Below are positions 24,832-35,974 of a DNA stretch of 64,000 nucleotides, piece by piece. Positions within the stretch are counted from its first letter, which is position 1; each line of letters starts with the position of its first letter. The stretch is from Neoechinorhynchus agilis (Eukaryota > Animalia > Acanthocephala), in the NCBI GenBank assembly GCA_051530055.1, contig CM121341.1, positions 9,278,784 through 9,342,783 on the forward strand, given 5' to 3'. Made by a program: the position numbers and the translations under genes. The notes beneath the pieces were generated by a model. The model made no database searches. It worked only from the letters and a program-made list of their open reading frames with translations, and was not told the origin of the DNA.

Positions 24832-25776
24832 AACTCTCTTGATTTATATTGCCCAGTTCAATGGGAATTCGGTCGGTTAAATCTATATTATGCGGTTGTT
24901 TCAAAACGGAAATTATTGGCTCTATTCGAATCCGGCATCGTTAAGGATTGGGACGATCCTCGTTTATTCACATTGACTGCTCCACGTCGACGAGGCGTTC
25001 CACCTAAAGCCATCAACTTATTTTGTTCTCGAATCGGAATTACAGTTGCACAAACAACTCTACACCCTTCTCTCCTTGATGCTTGTACTCGAGAAGTTCT
25101 CAATTTGACAGCACCGCGTGCGATGGTTGTAAAAGAGCCACTTCCCGTAGAGATCAGTAACTTAAAGTCAACGGAGGAATTGGTTGTTCCGGATTTGCCT
25201 AACATTAAAGAACGCACAAAAAACAAAACACATCGAATTACATTTAAACCTGACTGTATCTTTATCGAAAAATCTGATTTCCGAGAAGTCGACATTGTAA
25301 ACGAGGGATACATGCGGCTCACTCTTTCTCAACCAGTCGGTCTTAGGTATAACGGATATGTGATCTTTGTCACTGATGTTAACAAAAACGATTCCAATGA
25401 AATTGTGAGCCTAAAGGTCCGTGCTGAGAAAGCCGAGAAATGTGAGTGTAAACCACAGGCGTTTATTCATTTGGTTTCTGACGCAATCAATGTTGAGTTA
25501 AGGATATTCGATCAATTGTTCATACATCCAAATTCTGAAGATACAAACACTGTACCCGGAGGATACTTATCTGATGTTAATCCTAACTCTCTAACTGTTA
25601 TTAAAGATGCGAAAGCAGATCGGTTTATGAAAGACGTTAAAGCTTATCAGTCTTTCCAATTTGAACGACTAGGATACTTCAATGTTGATCCGGAATCAAT
25701 ACCAGAATCAAAACTGATATTTAATTTGACCGTGTCTTTGAGGGAAGATCCTAATAAAAAGAGTGAAGAGAACTAA
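24832..25776 (+). pseudogene. QARS1: Glutaminyl-tRNA synthetase C-terminal fragment, probably a pseudogene
   Basis: NSLDLYCPVQWEFGRLNL..VSKRK..WDDPRLFTL, LRYNGYVI, FQFERLGYF. Homology starts abruptly at 24832. Conserved TALRRRG has become TAPRRRG and IHWVS has become IHLVS. Confidence 0.8.
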
Positions 25777-26061
25777 AAGCTAGCGGATAAATTTGTATTA
25801 GAAAGACTTTGTTGTCGTGAAATCACAAAGCGGAGCTCAATCGAGATCATTTTCTCACTTTTATGAATGTGTCAATATTTGAGATTGTGAAAAAGTCCTT
25901 AAAACCATGAAATCAACTCATATTTTAATTGCACGCGAAAACTCCTGGAGTCCTCATGCTTCTTCGGAAACTACCACGAAACCCCTAAATCTCCCATTCC
26001 CAACTGGGCTCTACGCCTCATCATCCCAGATTTAATTATATTCACCTACCCATATAACCGA

Positions 26062-26415
26062 TCAAAGTTTCAAGAACGGAATCTTCCCAGGAGGAGCTGT
26101 GTATCCATTACATCGAGCGTCCGAGCAGATAACATTTATAACTGGCGGTTCATCGATAACACACGGACAAGGTCCGCAAGTTTCTAAACATGGACTAGGA
26201 CATTGAGTAATGCACTTCGGAGGCAGTGGACAGCATCGATCTTCACTCTGAAAACATCCTCTAGTCTTAATGATATTCACCTTTTGGGTCGCAGAATTTA
26301 CGTTGAAATTATCCAGTTCACACGAACAAGTCTTTTTTACGGGTGCATTGGTCGACAATGCGGCGACGTTCACTGCCGAGTAGATAATCGAGAAAAAGAC
26401 AAGGAAAGTCAACAT
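26062..26415 (-). CDS. Secreted cysteine-rich protein, C-terminally truncated duplicate
   Basis: Near-identical to 26589-26978 up to TAPP, then runs into unrelated GKIPFLKL*. Confidence 0.55.
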   Translation of the reverse strand: MLTFLVFFSIIYSAVNVAALSTNAPVKKTCSCELDNFNVNSATQKVNIIKTRGCFQSEDRCCPLPPKCITQCPSPCLETCGPCPCVIDEPPVINVICSDARCNGYTAPPGKIPFLKL

Positions 26416-26588
26416 TTTGTCAGCTAAGAACGGGATTTCGTTTTCATTTATACTAACGAAATTTACACAACAAAGGATAGAACTTGAACACATCGCGTAT
26501 TTTTACAATCATGGCGACGAAAACCATTAAAGAGCCTCCAAATGCCAATCTACTTTTTATTTCTAAGTCTCTAAAAAAGCTCTCAATC

Positions 26589-26978
26589 TCAACAGCACTT
26601 TAGACAACATCCAGGTTGATAAGTTGGACAATTTTGGTTGTGCTGGCAATAAGGAGGAGCTGTGTATCCATTACATCGAGCGTCCGAGCAGATAACATTT
26701 ATAACTGGCGGTTCATCGATAACACACGGACAAGGTCCGCAAGTTTCTAAACATGGACGAGGACATTGAGTAATGCACTTCGGAGGCAGTGGACAGCATC
26801 GATCTTCACTCTGAAAGCATCCTCTAGTCTTAATGATATTCACCTTTTGGGTCGCAGAATTTACGTTGAAATTATCCAGTTCACACGAACAAGTCTTTTT
26901 TACGGGTGCATTCGTCGACAATGCGGCGACGTTCACTGTCGAGTAGATAATCGAGAAAAAGACAAGGAAAGTCAACAT
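26589..26978 (-). CDS. Secreted cysteine-rich protein (129 aa, 19 Cys)
   Basis: Signal-peptide-like MLTFLVFFSIIYSTVNVAALS, internal CxxxCxxxCxxxC run (CITQCPRPCLETC), ends GCCLKCC*. Confidence 0.7.
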   Translation of the reverse strand: MLTFLVFFSIIYSTVNVAALSTNAPVKKTCSCELDNFNVNSATQKVNIIKTRGCFQSEDRCCPLPPKCITQCPRPCLETCGPCPCVIDEPPVINVICSDARCNGYTAPPYCQHNQNCPTYQPGCCLKCC

Positions 26979-27149
26979 TTTGTCAGCTAAGAACGGGATT
27001 TCGCCTTCATTTATACTAACGAAATTTACACAACAAAGGATAAAACTTGAACACATCGCGTATTTTTACAATCATGGCGACGAAAACCATAAAAGAGCCT
27101 CCAAATGCCAATCTACTTTTTTTCATATTTAGAAGGAAAAAAATGAGTG

Positions 27150-27480
27150 TCCACATCAGCCAATACCATGATAGAATTCGAGTCCCACGACGTCTTAAGT
27201 CCTTTCCAGAGCATTTGCACTCCATTCTCTGACGAAGCATCAGAGCCAGTTTCCTAGACAAACTTGTGCGAAGCCGCAATTATTGGTTTGAACTTAATCG
27301 GACATTTGTGTACCTTGGCCAATAGGTACATTTTGGATGTCCTAGAGTTCAAGGACCTAACTGGCCAGTAGTCAGCACTCTCAATTTTATTCTGCTTCAT
27401 CAGCCAAGGAATGCATTGAATTCCTTTTCCAGTTTCAGAGTAGGACAAACATTAAGACACTTGAACTGAATTCAAATTAA
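27150..27480 (-). mobile_element. Penelope-like RT fragment
   Basis: MYLLAKVHKCPIKFKPIIAA motif. Confidence 0.65.
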
Positions 27481-27509
27481 TATCTTGAAACGGGGCTCTT
27501 GATACTGTT

Positions 27510-28075
27510 CACGATTGGTAACGCAATATCCATGCCCTTTATCCTGCAGAATTACCGGTCGATATTTCTCTGCTTATTTGGGTTGTATAAAGCAAGCCGC
27601 AAAATAGTTAAATCCGTTCTCGGCGAGAATTACACTTTAGATGAAGATTTCGTTGAGGCGCTTAATTTTTGGTGTTGTGATTCAGGCAGCGAGCAGGTAC
27701 CCGTCAATGGTTGTAAACAATCAGTTTAACACTCACCCGAACGGACATCCTCCGACCGGATTTGCAAATCCGACTAAACCCGCAATTCACTCGAAAATCA
27801 GCAACCACGTGGACCTTAGTCGAAATTATTATTTTGTTTTCTTTGGCGTCTAGGCACTTGGGTCGTTTGGTACCGCAGAACTTGGTCAAGCAATTGTCCA
27901 AGAGATTGAGACGAATCACTGGCGATCTTAGATCAGGAGCATTCCTCCTACAAAACGTAAGTCCAACTCTGCAACGAGGGAACGCTGCATCCGTCCTCTC
28001 GACCGTTACACCAGGACGGCAGCTGAGTGATCCAGAAAGGCGGTGGTGTGAATCATTTCATGTCTACTTATTTTA
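27510..28075 (+). mobile_element. CRE-like element 3' portion, internally deleted
   Basis: WCCDSGSEQVPVNGCKQS is homologous to CQQTGANHVPVDGLRQS at 3.9 kb; LVKQLSKRLRRITGDLRSGAFLLQNVS..QRGNAASVL. Confidence 0.75.
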
Positions 28076-28499
28076 AATGAAAAAGTTTTAAACACTTTAG
28101 ATGATTCAATTTATAAAATTGTAGTCTTTTCCACATGAAATCGACAAAATGAAGTTCAATAAAGGTAATACCTGTAAAGAAATGTTATTTTGATTAATTT
28201 TGACGTTTATGTATTTATTAAATGAACGGTTGGACTTTCTTGGCTCTCCCAATGCCCTTTAAAAGCTTTGAACGAATTTAAGTCATCTTTTGACTGCACT
28301 AACGAGGACGGCTAAATTGACTTATGGAACACGGTAAAGAAAAATCATCGTCTAATTCAAGCTACATTCGTTTATATATTGAGCAAAAATGATTGATTTC
28401 AAACAATTGTTTCTGAAATCAGATTGTAAGAAAATAAGAAAATGTACATTTTCAACAACAGCAACATTTCTTTGAACTTTTCTCTCACTTGAGAGGTCG

Positions 28500-29770
28500 T
28501 TCTTTTCAGCGCGGCGACACAGCGTTCTCGCAAATCGACGAACACACTGTGCAACGAGCACTGAACCTCTTATACAGCTGCCTTAGCACGAATATTGCAT
28601 CGATTGTGCTTCTGACCGGCATGAATCCTCGTTGGTCCTCGCTGATTCGGATCTCCTCTCTTATCCTGTGATCGATCATTCGTTTCCACAATTTCATTGT
28701 GTGAGACATGAGTTTGATGCCGCGGTAGCTCCTACACTGCAGAACATCTCCTTTGCCTTTGAAGATCGGTATCAATATACTTCCCTGTCATTCCCACGGG
28801 ATCTTTTCCTCCATATCTATCTTCTGAAAGAGCCTCGTAACCAAGTTTATTCCGAGGACTCCGAAGGTTTGTCACAGCTCGATCGGAATGTTATCTGGAC
28901 CGGCGTTCCTACCAGTCTTCATTTTCTTGAGCGGTGTAACCACCTCATCGTACGACTACGGCCTCGTCATATTGACATTCGGGTGTACGTCCTCTAGAGA
29001 CAGTCTGTCATTCTCAGTGTTCAGTAGAGTGCTGAAATATTCCTTCCACCTATCCAAAATGTCCTTGCATCGGTCCAGCGTCGTTCCGTGGCTATCACCG
29101 ATCATTTTGAGGTGCACAATATCCCGTGTTTTTTTATCCCTGACTTTGGCCAACCTGAAGACCATATCTATACAACTCCCTCGCTGTAATTGCTCGTACA
29201 GGTCGTTATTGGCTTCCCTCTTGGTTTGGCACATTCTCGTGCATCCTTCCTTTTTGCCTGTTTGTAAACGTCTGCATTCGAGGCCGAAGCGTCAAAATCC
29301 AATCTTTTCCTGGCTGATTTTTTCAAACTGATTGCATCCTTGACGGCTGGATTCCACCACCATGCCTCTTTGTTTTGGGGTGGAGGTTTCCCCGATGTCA
29401 TTCCTAGGATGTTCTTTGTTTCACTACAAATCGCTTCGGCTGTCTCATTCCACTAGCTTTCCAGTTCAGCCACATTCTCGCCCAATTTCTGGGTAAGCAC
29501 CATTTTAATCTTTTCCCTGAGTATAGGATCCTTTAGCCTCCACCACTTGATTTTAGGTGCAATGCTCATTGTCCGCTGGTTGGCTTTCCCTCGAATATTG
29601 AGGTCCATCTCGAGCACTCTATTTTGCGTCGTGCACTCCTCTCCCAGTATTATCTCTACATTCTGAACTTCACCCCATCTCCCTATCGGATACAAAATGA
29701 AATCGATTTGGCTTGATCAACCACCGCTTGAGTTTGTGTAAAGGCGTCGTGGGTGTTTTTTTGAAGTAAA
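28500..29770 (-). mobile_element. RTE-clade LINE remnant (left-arm copy)
   Basis: QIDFIL, KEAWWWN, ILDRWKEYFSTLLN, IPIFKGKGDVLQCRSYRGIKLMSHTMKLW, QRGFMPVRSTIDAIF. Confidence 0.85.
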
Positions 29771-30061
29771 CTTGATCCGGTTAGTAAATCTGGGAATATT
29801 GAACAAAACAGAATGCACTTTAATAGCGATGGCTTCTAAAATCATTCACGTTTTACATTTTTGTACCTTACTACCGATGAGCAGTTCCATTACGCGTTCA
29901 AGAAATAAGAATGTGAATAAAAACCTTTGTAAACAAAAAAAGACCAAACACGAGAATTTAAGTGATATTTAACATTATCAATATTTACAACGATAATGTT
30001 CATTAGGTAATTGATTTTCCATAAAAACAAACGACCAAAATTATTGTTTAGAAGTCTTCGC

Positions 30062-30207
30062 CCGGTAAATGATTATTTATTAAAGGCGTTCTGCAAACTT
30101 CGTCGGGTTCATCATCAGTTTGTTAGTAGTGGACGCTTTTGATCAACAAACTAATGATGAACCCGACGAAGTTCGCAGAACGTCTTTAATAAATAATCAT
30201 TTACTGG
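30062..30207. repeat. Long hairpin formed by an inverted pair of decayed hammerhead/pLTR units (mirror copy at 40021-40166)
   Basis: aaatgattatttattaaaggcgttctgcaaacttcgtcgggttcatcatcagtttgtt ... aacaaactaatgatgaacccgacgaagttcgcagaacgtctttaataaataatcattt. Confidence 0.85.
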
Positions 30208-30980
30208 GTGAAGACTTCTAAATAATAATTCCAATCACATTCCCTGGTGCCTCACATATCGACATTTTTATAAAATGACTTAAAGATAATTCTTGTATCA
30301 AATGTACTGCAAGCTTGGAGGGTGTTTTTATCGCTTGCGATTGTGCTCGAATTGCGTTCACCAATTACCGCATCTATCGTTTCCTTTAACCTCCGCCGAA
30401 AAATAAGAAAATCTGTTCTAAAAAATGAAAACAGAATTTATTCAGCTTGATAGCAATTATAATGCCGCGTAGTAACTATTGAGAAATCAACAGTTTTGCA
30501 ACTATATGAGCATTTCGTTAAGCGCTTCGTCTGTCGGCAAAAAGTATTCATTTTCTATTAGAAATGCTCGAGACTGCTTGATCTTTTTTAAAAAGATTTT
30601 ATCATAATAATCCAAGCATTCTATTTGATGACTCAAGCAATGGCGGCGTCCACATTGAACGTGGAGGTAAATTCATTGCTCTGGTTGAAATTAAATCAGT
30701 GAATAGTCACTAAAACTTCTACGAACGCTCACAATGGGTGGGCAGCACAAATCGTCTTAAAAAGAGTTTCGCAATTATACAAAGTATCCCTTTGCATCCG
30801 TTCCTTTACATTGCTTCCATTGTTATGCTCTAGAATGCTATTAGTTTCCCACTTGACGAAATAGTTCCTTATTCCGCATCCCAGAACGTAACAAATCTAC
30901 CATCCACGCCCTTAGCGTTACTTTGAGACTTTTACTGCCGTAGAAAACTCTACGATAAAACCAGCGATTTCCTGCGCTAT

Positions 30981-31140
30981 CAGCAGTAGTCGACTAATGC
31001 CCTTGATCACAGTTAAGGGTCAACGGATTCGAATCCGTTAACGCCGATGACGCACAACCAAAGGGGACGAAATATTTCGTTGAAGGGAGGAAACTCAGGG
31101 ATGAGTCCCGCCTCCTGGAGGCACGTGAGGATCCGGAGAG
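30981..31140 (+). mobile_element. tRNA-derived SINE copy
   Basis: gactaatgccc..ggattcgaatccgtta..gggacgaaa..ggaggaaactca.ggatgagtcccgcctcctggagg; homologous to 11755-11929. Confidence 0.7.
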
Positions 31141-32689
31141 ATTCTTTTATGATTGTCCAAAACAATTTTTAAATTTTATTTTTCAACCTTTTCCGGTTTT
31201 CTGGACTTCAAAATCATTCATCGCACTGATGAAAGCATTTAGAATTTCTCGACGAACTCGATTGCTCATTTACAAATCGAAGTAGAAATGAGAAAACACC
31301 GCTTAGTAAAGACTACGCTCCGTCCTTAAACTCAATGATTTAATCAATTCATCTTTCAGGCATCCTCAGAGTTGAAAACCAAAATGTTGAGATTCTTCTT
31401 TGAAGGATCTGCGCCCATTGTACCAGTAGTTACAAGAGAACTAAACGTGCCGGAGAATAAATTCTCGACTATCAGTCTAGCAGTGATATTCCGGGGAACA
31501 TTTAGCAACTCTTTACTCCCCCGCCTGAGGCTCCTCTCCATTCGACAGCGAACTGCGCGGAATGTTGCAAATACCGCAGCCGAGCAGTCCTTGATGGTAT
31601 TCCATGTTTTTTCGGGCCGACGGTGGTGCCAGAGGCAACAACTCATAAATCGGGGAAACTACATGGATCGTAGCTCCTGCAGGAATAGCAACAATGAAGA
31701 ATTCTCAAAAAAAAGGGGCAACAGCAAACGAATAAAAACCCAAACAATAAAGGGCACTTCGAAATGGTGTACAACGAATTAAAAATAGAAAAGACTCAAC
31801 TCTAAAAGACTGATTTTTTAATAACAACATTGTAAAGTGTTTGATAACTGGGTAATAAATGCATGCCCAGCTAAATGGATCGTCATCTAAATAGCGACGT
31901 TCATGAATGGATTATTGAGTTTCCTACTGTCGCTGTCTGCAGCCTAGCGAAATCCTAGCCAAGGGTACGGACGGCAATTCCTAAATACGAAACGAAATGC
32001 AAAATATTTAAAGTTTACTTGTCGAAACCGTGATCATCATCGATTTCGCTATTATAGAAAAACAAGTCATTAAAATGGGTTTTTTTTCAGTATGCAGAAA
32101 AAATATCATTTATAAAAATCAAAATGAGCCTTATAGAAGAAAGACAAAATTGCAAAACAGCGCTCGAAGTAGTTTTGCAATATCGAATAAAACAAAATAT
32201 CGCACTCATATTTTTTGTATTTGACTCAAAAAAGTTCAACTCTCGCTAAAATCATTGATAGAAGCAAACATTTTAAGATCAAAATGCTACATCGCTATAT
32301 ATTCATGACCTGGGCTTTAATTTTCCAAGATCCAACATTTTTAAAAAGCTTTGACCTCTAATTCGTTGTAGAAACACAAAACGGATATATCCCATTTCTA
32401 AAGATCAGCGAACGTAACCTGACGACCGTAAACATAAAATTAGTTCGAATGAATTTTAGTATCGAGTTTCAAACTTAAAAGATCGAAGAAATATTGAACT
32501 ATCCTAGGCCTTCGATGATCGCGTTAAGTTTAAGCTTGAAACAATCAAGTTCTCTTCTTCCCAATGCGCAAGGTTGATAAGATTAAAATCCGTCCAATCA
32601 GAATTCAAGAAAATTTTTTGCATCACTATGGCAACTTTTCATCCTTAAACGTTTCACTTTTGTAATATTGCGGCTTTAATACTAGTAAA

Positions 32690-33298
32690 ATGAAAAGTAA
32701 GTATAAAATTTTATATTTTTTCTTAACATCTTTTCGTTTAGTGATGAGAAAATGCTTTTGTTTTAAGCAGAGCCGTGATACAAAACTAAGTGAAATTAGC
32801 AATGGTGGGAACACAAAGGAGACCAAAAAATTAAAAGGATTTCGCGGAATATTGCGAGCATTAGTAAAATGCTTTTGTGGGGCTACGGAGTTAGAAGAGA
32901 AAGTTGATATCAGCAGCAACAGTAAAGATAGTGATTTGAACCTATCCTTCCATCATGAAAACAAGAAAACGTGGCAAGACTATCGCGAAGGCTGGAAAAA
33001 AATCGTTGATGAAGTCATCAATCAGGACAACAATAAAATTATGGTTATTGGGGGTTTGAAGCAAAAAGAAGAAGTCAATCCAACATCAAACATCGAAAAT
33101 AAATATACGGCTATATCCAAAGTTAATAAAAATTTGAAAAACCAAAATTCTGGAAAAATGAGAAAATCTAAGACTTCAACAACACAAGAAGATGGTTCAG
33201 ATGGTGACCGTTGCATTTTATACATAATGTGGACGGCGATATTTATTATGCTGCTTTGTGCAATTGTTGTTGGGAGCACATTTTTCAAATGTTACTGA
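32690..33298 (+). CDS. Hypothetical basic protein with a C-terminal TM helix (tail-anchor-like)
   Basis: 202-codon ORF in AT-rich DNA ending CILYIMWTAIFIMLLCAIVVGSTFFKCY*; no recognisable domain. Confidence 0.45.
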   Translation: MKSKYKILYFFLTSFRLVMRKCFCFKQSRDTKLSEISNGGNTKETKKLKGFRGILRALVKCFCGATELEEKVDISSNSKDSDLNLSFHHENKKTWQDYREGWKKIVDEVINQDNNKIMVIGGLKQKEEVNPTSNIENKYTAISKVNKNLKNQNSGKMRKSKTSTTQEDGSDGDRCILYIMWTAIFIMLLCAIVVGSTFFKCY

Positions 33299-34308
33299 GA
33301 ATAAAGTAGTTTCTAAATTGGTTTCCGCGTTACTTTCAATCGTTTGCGTGTTTCGTCTTTGTTCGAAATTAATGACAAAGTTTCCCAACGTTTTTGCGCT
33401 TAACGTTACACTTTAGAAATTGAGATAAAGCTGAACTTGGAGACGTGCTCTTAAATTTATTTAATGAAATGATCTCAATTAAGTGAATGTAAATCTGTTC
33501 ACCGATTGGTCAGAAAGTTTTTCTAGTTGTTAGCATTTCAGGATATATTTATTTCGCAACTTTTGAAAAAACGCAATGTTCTAATAACGGTTTTAGCATT
33601 TTAAAGGCACAAGTAGAGACTTTAAGTGATTATAGACCGGATAATAAAGGTGGGTTTAAGTTTTATTCACATTTGAAACACCCCGCGCCATAAATTTTAC
33701 CTTTTGAACCCCGTAATCGCTACATAAATCTTTAGATTTGGACAATGAACTCGTTTCTGGAAACATTAGCGTCGAATTTACGCACAAAAAGCTATCGTAA
33801 CCAATAACCTCAACAATCCGAATAAAGCATAAGTACCATCATCGCATGCTACCGCCGTCCCTCTAACCAATCGCTTTTAAAGAATAGCCTAAAACATATT
33901 TCACATCTTAAAAACTCGAATAGTAACCGAATCGCTAACTTCTTTGACTATGCGCAATTCCATAGGCGCCCGAAAGGCCATAAAAGACAACCACATAATT
34001 TTTCCACATTAAACACAATTTTCCTTCCGAAACAAATATAAAGTTATCACCGAGTCCCTACATCATTATACCATAAATCGGCTCATCCAATTGTCTCTGA
34101 TCCAACCATTGCCGATCGAAAACTTATATCGAATCCTCCCTTAATTTATCTTCCACGACAACCAAAACAGTCGTAATCTCCTTCATTTCCACAGGACGTT
34201 CGTCTTTCAAAAATCGGAAATGTCCTTTGCTAAATGCACTTAGTTGAAAATATTCGATTAGTGGCGTCAAACAAATCGAATTGATTTGCAGCATATAAAC
34301 GATTCCTA

Positions 34309-35871
34309 TTAACGACGTGATCGGTTTCTAGTACGTCGTTGATGGCTGCGTGGGGCCAGCGCATTAGGATTGTAAGCCATTCGATAATTTTCTCCTTGCG
34401 GCATTTGCATTCGTGTAGGAAACTGAGGAATTCCTTGAAAATTATTCGGTTGTTGCGAACTCCATCGTGCTCCATCGTAATAGTTTTGAAGGTTATGTAC
34501 CATTCTCGATGGATTGGATTGGTTTGCTCGATGATATAGTCGCTGTGGGAAACGTTCATTAATATAGGGCCTTTCGGCGCAATATCCTCCAGGATAAACT
34601 TCCATACTATTTGGCACCGATTGATTTATCATTCGGAAATATCCTGGTCGATAGACGTACTCATTAGAGGTCGATAATGAAGTTCCTTGGAAATTGTTAT
34701 AGGCATTGCTCATGGGTTGCGCCTGAGGTTGAACCGCAATCAAATCGTAAGGGGTCCACGTTTGCGGATACCTTTGCAATTGGTAAGAATGCTGCGAGTA
34801 GGCATTTCCTCGGTTGTCTTGTTGTATTGGATAGCGTCCTCGCGGCATCGACAGATCCAACGGAACTTCCTGTTGACTGCTCATTGGTTGAACAAAACTT
34901 GCACCGTGCGATGGTATAGACGCCATGTAGTTAGATTGAACACTCGTATTGGCATTTTGCTGTCGTTGGGGTTGAATCGATCGTTGGTGGCTGCGATTTA
35001 TTTGCTGCTGTTGGGAGAAGGATTGTCCCATTTGAACCAATGGCCATTGAGTTAATCCAGTGGAAGCGCCATACGATGAAACTCGCTGAACTGACTTATC
35101 GGGATCGTTACGATCAGGACGTGAACGTTTCACTTCAGTTTCATTCTGATGTTGCTCGTCTTTTGCGGTCGTTTCGTGTTCCGTTAACCTTCTCTTTGGT
35201 TCAGCTACTACTGATTTATCCGAAAGTTCAACATCAGCTGTACGTTTTCTGGGTTTACTGGAAGATCTCGCGGGTTTGTTTGTTTTCTTCGAAATTTCTA
35301 GCAGGGGTTCAACTATTTTAAATTTCTCCATCATCTCCTCGGCGCTTGTACCCGAAAGTTGGAGCATTTCATTGCCATGAGCGGTGATTTTTACGCTTGA
35401 TTCCCTAAACCAAATTTCTCCGACTTTGGAGAACTCTGGATAATAATATACCCGCTTTACAGTTTTCCTCAAATCTGGCAACTTCATTGCTTCCCAATTA
35501 TTAAATAACAAGTCAAGGTCAACGCAATATTTTAAAGTTATATTCAATCCGATATTTGTAATCGAATAATCGCTCATTTGTCCGGCTCTGAGGCAAATGT
35601 TACCAATGAGTTCAGCAACATGATTAGAAAATAACTTTGCTCCGTCTTGTACTTCGCTTTGTACATTTACGACGACTTTCCCACTTCTAAAAATGCGAGC
35701 CGTTGCACCAGGAAACATCAAATCTTCACGATCATTTGGTACAGTGTATAAGATTGTTGGTCCTTTTTGCAATTCCGTATGCGGCATTTTCCTCTTGAGT
35801 TCGACAAGACTCACTTCGTTCATTTTGAATTTTGCACTGCAGTTGTAGGCGGTAGTGAGAGACGATGTCAT
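34309..35871 (-). CDS. Highly divergent TBP-fold (TBP-related factor) protein with long Q/N/S/Y-rich C-terminus and PLDLS motif
   Basis: [15 protein letters not shown] ~ [38 protein letters not shown] ~ [44 protein letters not shown] ~ [36 protein letters not shown] ~ AFENIYPILKGFRKT. Intact 520-aa ORF. Confidence 0.8.
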   Translation of the reverse strand: [520 protein letters not shown]

Positions 35872-35974
35872 TTTTGTCTAAAGTAAAAGTAAGTTGAAAT
35901 CTACTTCTGTTTATAAATTTAAAGCAAATTCGATACAAGGAGGCTATGTGGGCCAATTTTTTCAAGTTTAGGAG

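Larger units (their letters stand above)
27510..32265. repeat. Left arm of a large inverted duplication
   Basis: Reverse complement of about 37962-43345. Mirror ORF pairs sum to 70227-70228 (e.g. 32030-32224 vs 38003-38197; 29453-29695 vs 40533-40775). Confidence 0.95.

Noticed and set aside
24888-25322. 144-aa minus-strand ORF (and many similar short ORFs in the track)
   Set aside because: Antisense shadows of real coding or TE sequence.
31356-31782. ORFs of 96-144 aa in both palindrome arms as genes
   Set aside because: Overlapping antisense ORFs with no recognisable domain; they differ by a homopolymer frameshift between arms, and duplication explains their recurrence.
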